Shown here one piece after another: positions 5,684 through 12,576 of a DNA stretch of 13,326 nt. Source of the stretch: a virus. The notes beneath the pieces were generated by a model. The model was not told where the DNA came from and made no database searches. It saw only the letters and a program-made list of their open reading frames with translations. Position numbers and translations under genes: made by a program. The stretch lies in the UHGV virus genome UHGV-0203667, one strand, 5' to 3'. The stretch's first letter is position 1. Every line of letters starts with the position of its first letter.

Positions 5684-6118
5684 ATGAATATTGAAGAAAT
5701 GATAGTTGAATTCGAAGAGGGTGATTTCCTGGAAGAAGGGGAGTTTAAATACTCCCGTTTTAAACAGGCGTTATTTAGCAGCGATGATAAACCCCACGTT
5801 AGTGATCTTAACGACGATGATTTATGTCGCTGGGTATGCACCCGCTTATATGAAGATGGAAAGTATACAGGCCAAAACTTTCCAAATCTCTATTTCAAAG
5901 CACAAACATTTGAGGAAGGGCAAAGAGTGAAAAACCTGGTCGATAAAATGCTGTCAGCCGGATATTTGCATAAAGAATTATTAAATCCTAAAGCTGAAAG
6001 CAAGCGCCATTATATTTTTGTGTGGTCTGTGGGGGATAAGTGCCCACTGCATGGGAGTCCTTCCAGGACCTTAGCTAAAGCTAAGCCCGTTGGGTCTGTT
6101 AAGCGTAAAGGCAAATGA
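5684..6118 (+). CDS. Hypothetical protein (144 aa), acidic N-terminus, possible winged-helix C-terminal half
   Basis: ATG 5684 is preferred over 5678 because GAGGG lies 7 nt upstream of it. The stop TGA at 6116-6118 lies just before the next start codon. Confidence 0.7.
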   Translation: MNIEEMIVEFEEGDFLEEGEFKYSRFKQALFSSDDKPHVSDLNDDDLCRWVCTRLYEDGKYTGQNFPNLYFKAQTFEEGQRVKNLVDKMLSAGYLHKELLNPKAESKRHYIFVWSVGDKCPLHGSPSRTLAKAKPVGSVKRKGK

Positions 6119-6119
6119 T

Positions 6120-6305
6120 ATGAATACCTACGAAAAGATTTATCAAAAATTAAAAAGTGATAACAATGCTCCCGTCATCAAGGGCGGGGCTTCTTCCTCT
6201 GGTGACCTCTCAATCGAAGAGCTTGCGGAGAAATATAATATTGATAAAGAGGCCCTGAAAAGGGCTATTTCATTATCAAAATCTTTAAGACAGGGCGAGG
6301 TGTAA
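6120..6305 (+). CDS. Small hypothetical protein (61 aa)
   Basis: ATG 6120 lies 1 nt after the upstream stop, suggesting translational coupling. The track ORF from TTG 6090 overlaps the upstream gene and is less likely. Confidence 0.6.
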   Translation: MNTYEKIYQKLKSDNNAPVIKGGASSSGDLSIEELAEKYNIDKEALKRAISLSKSLRQGEV

Positions 6306-6308
6306 GAG

Positions 6309-8411
6309 ATGGCAATGAAGGAAGTCGCCAGACTAACAAACGTTATTTACTGGGACTCTGATAAATCCTCCTGGCGAAAAGAAGTTAAGCGCTTGGAGGA
6401 TTATAAAAAATCCTGGAAGAAAGCTACCGACGATATAGCTAAAGCGGATTTTAAATCTAATCAGGCTGTGCTCAGAACACAAAGAACACGCGCTAAGGTG
6501 GAAGAGCAGATCGCCAGAGCACAGAAGAAACAACGTGCTCAGGCTGTCAGCCGTCTGACCGGGGGCAATAATCCGGAGCTCTCCTCTATGCGCAAGTTCT
6601 ATCAGCAGCAAGCCAGAGAGGCCGCCAGACAACAAAAACTGTTAGATCGTAGTGTTGGAGATGTTCAGCACAGAAAAGCACGTGTAGGGGCCAACAGTGC
6701 ACGAATCAGCAGCATGTTTGATGGCTCCCTGGTTGCTCAGTTCCAATCCAGAATTCAAAGAGTTAATGCTGATTATGCTAAAGGGGCTATTAACCTGCAG
6801 ACCTATAATCAGAAAATGGCCCGACTCAGATCTGAAATGAAGATGGCAACAGCAGAGGCCGGAAAATTTCAGAGCAAACTGGATAGAGTTGCGATCACAG
6901 GATCTAAGCTGCATGACAACCTGGGGAAACTAAATTCTACTTTAGGCAAGATAGCTATTGGCCTTACTGCCGCTGGCTGGGGTGTTCAGCGTGCTGTTAG
7001 TGGTGCTATGGGTAGCCTTGCAGATCGCAACAGTGCCTACTTCGGTTTGATGGCACAGAACAAGGATGATAAAGCCAAGACTGATCAGCAGATGGCCTAC
7101 GTCAAAAGAATCTCTTATGACTACGGGATGGATCAGCGTGAGACCGAAGGCGGTTTTATGCGCTTTGCTGCAGCCACACCGAGCATAGAAGAGAAAGATA
7201 AACAGGCTCTTTTTGAGGCTATGGCTATTAAAGGTCGCTCAGTGGGTGCTACCGCAGACCAACAGAACAGGGCTATCGTTGCACTAGGGCAAATATATAG
7301 CAAGGGCGGTCGGGTGTATGCGGAAGAGCTTAAGGGCCAACTTTCTGAAGCCCTGGCAGGTTCTCAGGTAGATTTCACTAAGGCCGCTATCGATGCCGGA
7401 GTCATCAAGAAAGAGGAAGAATTTAATAAAGCCCTTGAAGATGGCAAGATCACCATGGATAAGCTTCTCCCTTCTTTGGTGAAAATCTGGTCTGCAGCCA
7501 AGAATACGAAAGCCTTTGCTGAATCCATGAAACAGCCAGAAGTAGCAATGCAGCGCATGAAAAACAGCTTTAACGAGCTGGCGATTCAGTTTATGGGTGT
7601 TGTGGATCCTGCCGATGGCGTTGTTAGCTTATCTGAATCTCTGATCTCCATCTTCGAAGACCTCACCACTGATATGGACGGCAGCGGGAGCGCGGCAAAA
7701 CAGTTTGGTGAAGCAGTCGGTGCTGCCATGCGGGAGATCATGTATTGGGTAGGCTTCGCTAAGGGATATATCGAGGTCAAGGCTAAAGAGTTCGGCATGA
7801 CCGGATCAGAGGTTGGCGAGCTTATCGGGAAACTAGTAGTCGGCTTAGCTGGTCTGAAAGTTATTACCACACTGCTTTCCCCTCTAACCGGATTTGTTTC
7901 ACTTGTCACCCAACTGATAGCCTTGTTAGGTAAAATCCCTGGTATGAGCAAGCTTATGGCATCTGCCTCAGGTGGAACGGCAACAGGAGCAGCAGTTATC
8001 AGTGCAGGCTCTAACGCTGAAAGAAGCTTCATTGATGGCAAGACGCAGGAAATGAGTAAGGAGAACTCAAAACAGGGTGCTTTGTTTGAGCTGGGAAGAT
8101 TTGTCAGCAATGCTGGCGCACTGTTCACACCTGGCGGTGATACTGGTCCTTTGTTCGATCAGGTCAAAGGCTGGTTTAATAAAGGGCCAACATTGACAGT
8201 AGACACTGGCATCAGACCAACACCAACGGGTGGCATAGCTATCCAGAATGGTGGATATCAACCAGTCCAAGTAAATGTAGCCCCACAAGGTGAGATTTCC
8301 GGCAAATGGGAGATAACCATCGATGAGGGGGGAATTGCCAGGGTGATCCAGAAGGAAGTCAGCGATCAGTTGGATTGGAAAGCCACACAGGAATCTAACC
8401 AGCTTTTCTAA
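6309..8411 (+). CDS. Phage tail tape measure protein (700 aa)
   Basis: The N-terminus is a long K/R/Q/A-rich coiled coil. The central region GQIYSKGGRVYAEELKGQLSEALAG is typical of the tape-measure core domain. A hydrophobic segment LIGKLVVGLAGLKVITTLLSPLTGFVSLVTQLIALLG follows, then a Gly-rich C-terminus. A GAGG SD lies upstream. Confidence 0.85.
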   Translation: MAMKEVARLTNVIYWDSDKSSWRKEVKRLEDYKKSWKKATDDIAKADFKSNQAVLRTQRTRAKVEEQIARAQKKQRAQAVSRLTGGNNPELSSMRKFYQQQAREAARQQKLLDRSVGDVQHRKARVGANSARISSMFDGSLVAQFQSRIQRVNADYAKGAINLQTYNQKMARLRSEMKMATAEAGKFQSKLDRVAITGSKLHDNLGKLNSTLGKIAIGLTAAGWGVQRAVSGAMGSLADRNSAYFGLMAQNKDDKAKTDQQMAYVKRISYDYGMDQRETEGGFMRFAAATPSIEEKDKQALFEAMAIKGRSVGATADQQNRAIVALGQIYSKGGRVYAEELKGQLSEALAGSQVDFTKAAIDAGVIKKEEEFNKALEDGKITMDKLLPSLVKIWSAAKNTKAFAESMKQPEVAMQRMKNSFNELAIQFMGVVDPADGVVSLSESLISIFEDLTTDMDGSGSAAKQFGEAVGAAMREIMYWVGFAKGYIEVKAKEFGMTGSEVGELIGKLVVGLAGLKVITTLLSPLTGFVSLVTQLIALLGKIPGMSKLMASASGGTATGAAVISAGSNAERSFIDGKTQEMSKENSKQGALFELGRFVSNAGALFTPGGDTGPLFDQVKGWFNKGPTLTVDTGIRPTPTGGIAIQNGGYQPVQVNVAPQGEISGKWEITIDEGGIARVIQKEVSDQLDWKATQESNQLF

Positions 8412-8422
8412 TATTGTGATCT

Positions 8423-8438
8423 AAATCAATAAGTTAGC
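8423..8438. repeat. 16-bp exact repeat AAATCAATAAGTTAGC (partner at 692-707)
   Basis: Identical to 692-707. It lies 12 nt after the tape measure stop codon. Confidence 0.6.
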
Positions 8439-8460
8439 CTGACCGGATAAACTCCAGGCA

Positions 8461-8493
8461 AGAAAAAAGCCCCTAAGTGTTAACAAAGGGGCT
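8461..8493 (-). terminator. Rho-independent terminator, strong on the minus strand and weak at best on the plus strand
   Basis: The minus-strand RNA reads AGCCCCU uuguuaacacuu AGGGGCU followed by UUUUUUCU. On the plus strand the stem is followed by CUUCUCC. Confidence 0.75.
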
Positions 8494-8913
8494 CTTCTCC
8501 GGTATCCTTTTGATGCGGGGCAAAACCTGCTAACAAAAATCAACCTCTCGCGAGACTAATGTTAGCAGGTTGCCGGAAGGTAAGTCAACTCCGGCCTATA
8601 AACCTTAAAGCGACTATAAAATTGCCCCGCCAATTGTGATGATCCGACCTTTGAGGCGGGTCCGGTGCCCAGGGGGTGCAGTGATGCACAAACCAGGCAA
8701 CGATAAACAGGCTAACAGTGATAGCGGCGCTCTCTCAGCGCACTAAATCCTAACCAGTCCGGGAAAGAGGCTGGCTCTATCGACCGCTCATGCACGGGAC
8801 AATGCATACCTGATAAAGGATTCTCACAAGGGACCAATCGCGAGAAAAGAAGTGGAAAGGGGCTGATTTGTGGTGTATCACTACGGCCTCAAAAGACACC
8901 CTATTGCCTTTTT
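8494..8913 (-). ncRNA. ORF-free, highly structured roughly 420-nt region between the last minus-strand CDS and its terminator; candidate structured 3' UTR or ncRNA
   Basis: The supplied track has no ORF here. A perfect three-way junction spans 8515-8630: outer stem GCGGGGCAA/TTGCCCCGC (9 bp), inner stem ACCTGCTAACA/TGTTAGCAGGT (11 bp, with a 24-nt loop holding the palindrome TCTCGCGAGA), and inner stem GCCGGA/TCCGGC (6 bp). Further hairpins are GTGCA gtga TGCAC (8676-8689) and GCGCT ctctc AGCGC (8727-8741). The strand is assigned from the terminator orientation only. Confidence 0.4.
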
Positions 8914-9372
8914 TCAGCCTCTCCCCACATTTGACCAGTATTTGATTGCACCGATCAAATCATCATAGTGGCGCATTGCATCATTGAAGCCTTTATAGCT
9001 TGCCCATTGTGGGGAAACCTTGTTGTTGCTGAATTGCCCACTAATCAGGATAGTCTCCAGAATGTCGGCGTATCGCTTGCCAATTCGCTTCCTGACGGCC
9101 TCAGAGCTCCCACCCTTTACGATTGCATTAATCAGGGCTTTTGTGTGTCTCAGGCTCTCATAGAGCATTGCAGCGTGGGCAGATTCCATAAAGGAGCGCT
9201 TAGGCAGATCACCCCACCCCTCAGAATGAATTGCTGCCAATGTGGCGTAATTCAGGCCGCTATAGTGTTTCCCGTCATCCCAGCCAACCGCTACACCTTC
9301 CATCTGTGAGAGCTCTTTATGCAGCTTATCCATCATGCGCTTGTCTATGGTGCAACGGACTTTCGGACTCAT
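8914..9372 (-). CDS. Putative head-tail joining or tail-completion type virion protein (152 aa)
   Basis: ATGA start/stop overlap with the upstream gene. The motif AAIHSEGWGDLPKRSF resembles the HEFG..P.RPF motif of HK97 gp10-like and morphogenesis proteins. This was recognised by eye only. Confidence 0.6.
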   Translation of the reverse strand: MSPKVRCTIDKRMMDKLHKELSQMEGVAVGWDDGKHYSGLNYATLAAIHSEGWGDLPKRSFMESAHAAMLYESLRHTKALINAIVKGGSSEAVRKRIGKRYADILETILISGQFSNNKVSPQWASYKGFNDAMRHYDDLIGAIKYWSNVGRG

Positions 9373-10181
9373 TTGTTGATCTCCGTGATGTCATCAAGCA
9401 ACATGTTGGCCTTATCAATCATCGTTTCGTGGAACTCATTCGACACGACAGACTTATCACCTGCTGCAATCTTTCCCGCTGCCTCTCCCTGTGCATATTC
9501 CCCGCGATGCTTAGCCCTGGTTGATTTCGTAGCAGCATTGCCAGCGTTACTACCCTCTTTAGCACTGTTAACAGCACCCTTTTGCTGTGTTTTATTCACC
9601 TTCTTACTGTTAGTGAAAACTCCGGCATTTTCGACCATCTTCACCTTGAAGGTGCGGAATTCTTCAAAAGTGCAATCAATAGTGATGCAGTCGCCAGAGG
9701 AAGAGCTACGCTTAACTTCACATTTCGTCATGATGAAGTTCTCAAGGAGTCCGACATCTTCACCCACCAGGCTGATAATCTGGCGCTTGTCTCTCATTTC
9801 CATAAGTGCCTGAACAGCGGCAGCAGGGCGCATAGATTCACGGGGATTATCTGGATCAGTGTTCCGGTCGATGTAGTTCTCTTTCCGGATGATATGAGGG
9901 GAAGAGGTAATAATACCCGTAAAGCTGACAGATTTATCTTTAATGACGGCATGGTCTGACATGGTGGTGCCATCCTCGACCGCATAGCTCGATTTCTCAA
10001 CAGGGAACGAATAGCTGACATCAGAGATAGAGTCAAAGAAGATAGCCACATTATCGGTATAGTTGAAGCCATCCATCATATTTTTGTTTTGTGAATATCC
10101 CCCACACATAACAGTGAATGCAGGAGATCTCGACTCAGCTTGTTTTGCAGCTGTCAGAGCATCACTAGCCATATTAAACAT
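9369..10181 (-). CDS. Putative virion structural protein (270 aa) with K/A/G-rich C-terminal region; the N-terminal half is reminiscent of Dit-like/baseplate-type domains (weak call)
   Basis: GGAGG lies upstream. The start may be ATG 10181 or ATG 10172 (MASDALT), which has better SD spacing. It sits inside the structural operon. Confidence 0.6.
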   Translation of the reverse strand: MFNMASDALTAAKQAESRSPAFTVMCGGYSQNKNMMDGFNYTDNVAIFFDSISDVSYSFPVEKSSYAVEDGTTMSDHAVIKDKSVSFTGIITSSPHIIRKENYIDRNTDPDNPRESMRPAAAVQALMEMRDKRQIISLVGEDVGLLENFIMTKCEVKRSSSSGDCITIDCTFEEFRTFKVKMVENAGVFTNSKKVNKTQQKGAVNSAKEGSNAGNAATKSTRAKHRGEYAQGEAAGKIAAGDKSVVSNEFHETMIDKANMLLDDITEINK

Positions 10182-10246
10182 GCCTCCAAATTGAATCTTT
10201 TGGTGGCCCTGTGTGAATTCTGATAAAAAGACAGGGCTATCTATCG

Positions 10247-10507
10247 TTATTTTGCAAAACGATTATGCGCATTCAGGGCTTTTTTGCGGTCCTGGGCTTG
10301 TTTGCGTGCAATAAAATGTTCGAAAGTCTCGGCCCAGGTGCATTTATTATATTCACGGTATTTGTGCATAGCCTGGCGGCTAACTTGATAGACAGATGCG
10401 AATGTGGAGATACGCAGGAATTCCGGCAGATCCTCGTCATCGATATGGATAATATCAAAAGGCACGTCATCACGGTCGCCGTATAAAACAATTTTCATAA
10501 AAGACAC
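10247..10507 (-). CDS. Small HTH-containing protein (86 aa) inserted between capsid and downstream virion genes
   Basis: GAGGTG lies 6 nt upstream of the ATG. The HTH-like segment is ISTFASVYQVSRQAMHKY, and the N-terminus is acidic. Confidence 0.7.
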   Translation of the reverse strand: MSFMKIVLYGDRDDVPFDIIHIDDEDLPEFLRISTFASVYQVSRQAMHKYREYNKCTWAETFEHFIARKQAQDRKKALNAHNRFAK

Positions 10508-10531
10508 CTCAAAAACTTAAGACGGGGATAA

Positions 10532-10580
10532 CAAAAAAGGGAGGAGGGAAAGACCTACCCACAATCTCCCACCTCTTCCC
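10532..10580 (-). terminator. Probable partial (leaky) intrinsic terminator just after the major capsid gene
   Basis: The minus-strand RNA reads GGGAAGAGGUGGGAG auuguggguaggu CUUUCCCUCCUCCC followed by UUUUUU. The stem is imperfect, with G-U pairs that are valid only on the minus strand. Confidence 0.5.
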
Positions 10581-10587
10581 TTTTCTT

Positions 10588-11631
10588 TTATTTAGCCTTG
10601 GCTTTTGCCAGAGCAGCGGCGGCGGTGTTTTTAACACTCACTTTAACCACCACCTCGGGCATCATATTCATAAATGCGTATGAGCTCTCGCAAAAGACCT
10701 CGCGCTTAGCTCTTGAATCTTGCATATACATGAAAGCTTCACGTGCAGCGCCGTTTGCCAGCTGCAGATTGCGAGCGCAAGGGCCAAAAAATTGAGTATA
10801 AACACCCATATCGCCCAGTGCATAAGGCTGGAATTGTGGGACCAGATAAGCAGTATTCTCTGGCAGACTATCCATTTGCACCACACGCAGGGCTAAGCCC
10901 GGAATGCGGAAGGTCGGGAAGCCCGGCAGAATATCCTCAGGGAACATCAGACCTTTGTCGGTAATGTTCTGATTGCCGAACAACAGCACTTTACGAAGCA
11001 GCTCGTCAGTCTGAATTGCAGCAAAGAGTTCAGCACGGCAGAACAGGGTGAAACCACGCAGGGCACGAACGACACCACGCTGTTTAACCTTGCTCAGTGC
11101 AACCAGGTCCTGCAGCTGTTTAAGGATATCTTGAGCTAGATCCACTTCAGAGGTGGACTGTTCTACTCCCAGCAGTTCGCACACATTCAGTTCTTTACCC
11201 TTGGTGAGGATAATTTTGTTCTCAAAGAGAGCAAGCTGGCGTGCTTCTTCGTGGGTCTGGCGTAAGCCTTCGCCAAGCTGAATAACACGACGAGCGGTTA
11301 CAGACTCTAAATTCTCTTCGGAATCTTTGCCCGGAACACGGATACCTTGCCAGTCTGACGGGAATATGGCCGAGCTGGCGGCTGTAAAGGCCATGTCGCC
11401 CGTGCCCGTTTCACGCTCATCTGCGGTAATGGTAGCCATCTGTTCACCGTAGCGCGGATACTGACCGAAAGCGGTTTGTTTCACCCTGCGAACTTTGTCG
11501 TACTCAAATTTGAACGTCGAAGAATAGACGGTAGTATTAAACACGTTCATTGCTGAAATAATCTGGTTATCCAGCGGGATATCTTTAATCAGACCACACA
11601 GATCGCGAACTTCGAATTCTTTCTTAGCCAT
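10588..11631 (-). CDS. Major capsid protein, lambda gpE-like family (347 aa)
   Basis: The start is reset to MAKKEFEV at 11631, with AAGGAGG 6 nt upstream. The track start at 11730 gives a Cys-rich extension that overlaps the upstream gene. The size, the position after a roughly 110-aa decoration-like gene, and the C-terminal pattern (...ESSYAFMNMMPEVVVKVSV) resemble lambda gpE (...SAPLMLLADPDEFVSVQLA). Confidence 0.75.
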   Translation of the reverse strand: MAKKEFEVRDLCGLIKDIPLDNQIISAMNVFNTTVYSSTFKFEYDKVRRVKQTAFGQYPRYGEQMATITADERETGTGDMAFTAASSAIFPSDWQGIRVPGKDSEENLESVTARRVIQLGEGLRQTHEEARQLALFENKIILTKGKELNVCELLGVEQSTSEVDLAQDILKQLQDLVALSKVKQRGVVRALRGFTLFCRAELFAAIQTDELLRKVLLFGNQNITDKGLMFPEDILPGFPTFRIPGLALRVVQMDSLPENTAYLVPQFQPYALGDMGVYTQFFGPCARNLQLANGAAREAFMYMQDSRAKREVFCESSYAFMNMMPEVVVKVSVKNTAAAALAKAKAK

Positions 11632-11642
11632 TTTCAACCTCC

Positions 11643-11978
11643 TTATTGTGCAACACGCAAATCGCCATTGCTGGCAGCAACAACAGCGGCTAAGCCGTCT
11701 TTGTCCACATAGGCCGGATTGATGTAGCAACCTTTGTTCGCAACAACGATAAAGGAATCACCAACTTCAGCACGTTCTACAACCAGCAGCGGAGTTTTAT
11801 CGGTGTGCGTTGCTTTAACGAAGGTCTCAACCTCGCCAGCCTCAGTCACCACAACAACAGTGCCAGCCGGAATCTCAGCCTTAACTTTGTTTTTAACTTC
11901 AACGTCGCGAATACTAAATTGCTCATCTGCGGCGTATGAAATGATGTGTCCGCGTGTGCGGATAGTCATATCTCTCAT
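11643..11978 (-). CDS. Putative head decoration/cement protein (111 aa)
   Basis: AGGTGA lies upstream of the ATG. It is a beta-rich roughly 110-aa protein immediately upstream of the capsid gene, the gpD position in lambda. The family assignment is tentative (gpD-like versus DUF2190-like). Confidence 0.65.
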   Translation of the reverse strand: MRDMTIRTRGHIISYAADEQFSIRDVEVKNKVKAEIPAGTVVVVTEAGEVETFVKATHTDKTPLLVVERAEVGDSFIVVANKGCYINPAYVDKDGLAAVVAASNGDLRVAQ

Positions 11979-12452
11979 TTGATCACCTGCGATTTAAATT
12001 AACTCCCCTCAAAGGGCTCAGGTATAACCTCTCAAACCACGACAGGCTCGGGCCGAAAAGTTATGCCGGAAATCTAAAGGGGGATTGATATAAGGAGAGG
12101 GAGATAGCCCCGCACCGTCCAAGCGGGGGCTATTCCATATGGGGAAAACCAACAACAGTTGGCTGATAGTTCACTGCATGGTTACGGTTGCTAGAGAGCA
12201 CTATCACGAAAGGCACTCCCCCGAATCAGTTCAGGCTGCGGTCACATCAGCGGGGAAATACCTTTCGGGATAGCTACCCACACCGAAAACCCGCAAAAGA
12301 AAACTGTGTGGATAACTAGCCCAATAGGAGAATTAATCGACCACTCTAAGATGATCAGGGTAGTGTTATTTATAAGGCGGCACCGCTACCTGGTCGCCGT
12401 TACTTTGGAGGAAAATACGGCAAATCACCTTCGCTAAATGATTCACGGTATA
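11979..12452 (-). other. Roughly 470-nt ORF-free structured leader between the LexA-controlled promoter and the head genes
   Basis: There is no ATG ORF with an SD. Structures include a 10-bp bulged stem ATAGCCCCGC/GCGGGGGCTAT (12104-12133), CCAAC aaca GTTGG (12149-12162), CCACAC/GTGTGG (12279-12311) and others. No hairpin followed by a U tract was seen on the minus strand. Confidence 0.5.
12307..12315 (-). promoter_or_regulatory. Perfect DnaA box (TTATCCACA on the minus strand)
   Basis: The plus strand reads TGTGGATAA at 12307-12315. It is a single copy, so chance cannot be excluded. Confidence 0.3.
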
Positions 12453-12470
12453 CTGTATATTATATCAGTA
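12451..12470. promoter_or_regulatory. LexA (SOS) box
   Basis: TACTGTATATTATATCAGTA keeps CTG-N10-CAG intact and matches 15/20 positions of TACTGTATATATATACAGTA. All mismatches are A/T swaps in the spacer. It overlaps the -10 element and the start site of the minus-strand promoter. Confidence 0.8.
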
Positions 12471-12487
12471 TTTACTCACATTGTCAA
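12459..12487 (-). promoter_or_regulatory. Perfect consensus sigma70 promoter (TTGACA-17-TATAAT) directed leftward toward the head operon
   Basis: The minus strand reads TTGACA atgtgagtaaatactga TATAAT. The -35 is at 12482-12487 and the -10 at 12459-12464. The predicted start site is near 12452. Confidence 0.85.
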
Positions 12488-12576
12488 CACCCTGATTATA
12501 TAAATTCTAATAATTAGCGTAGTAACGGTATTTTCAGACCTCTATCAATCCCATCAATACGTCACCTCATCCCTGA

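Noticed and set aside
5706-5930. Track ORF, 74 aa, plus strand, alternative frame inside the 5684-6118 gene
   Set aside because: It is fully nested in a longer, better-supported ORF and has no SD.
5684-6305. Tail assembly chaperone G/GT pair with programmed -1 frameshift upstream of the tape measure
   Set aside because: No slippery heptamer was seen near the junction. The second ORF is in the +1 frame rather than the -1 frame relative to the first. The protein sequences do not look chaperone-like, and simple stop-start coupling explains the arrangement.
6333-8288. Five minus-strand track ORFs (6333-6635, 6642-6914, 7364-7558, 7586-8128, 8067-8288)
   Set aside because: All are antisense to the 700-aa tape measure gene, whose identity is well supported. 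They are typical shadow ORFs.
8412-8913. tRNA, tmRNA or other classical RNA gene in the structured intergenic regions (also checked in 11979-12680 and 1200-2400)
   Set aside because: No cloverleaf with a GTTCGAATC-type T-arm plus matching acceptor stem was found. The only TTCGAAT strings (3160, 12705) lack complementary acceptor arms.
8968-10072. Plus- and minus-strand track ORFs overlapping the 8914-10181 genes (8968-9309, 9231-9524, 9319-9813, 9582-9959, 9794-10072)
   Set aside because: These are antisense or out-of-frame shadows of the translationally coupled 152-aa and 270-aa genes. They have no SDs and odd compositions.
10265-10491. Track ORFs 10265-10486 (+) and 10273-10491 (-)
   Set aside because: They overlap the 86-aa gene, which has a good SD and an HTH motif. 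These alternatives have neither.
10598-10964. Track ORFs 10598-10795 (+), 10668-10886 (-), 10743-10964 (+)
   Set aside because: These are shadow ORFs inside the major capsid gene.
11632-11730. 33-codon N-terminal extension of the capsid ORF (MLHQSGLCGQRRLSRCCCC...)
   Set aside because: It is Cys/Arg-rich and overlaps the decoration-like gene. A strong AAGGAGG SD sits in front of the internal MAKKEF start at 11631.
11734-11982. Track ORF, 82 aa, plus strand
   Set aside because: It is antisense to the decoration-like gene, has a Ser/Thr-rich shadow composition, and has no SD.
12430-12475. Plus-strand promoter using the same LexA-box AT-rich core as its -10
   Set aside because: No acceptable -35 lies 16-18 bp upstream of any plus-strand -10 candidate (TATATT or TATTAT). 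The minus strand gives a perfect consensus promoter instead.
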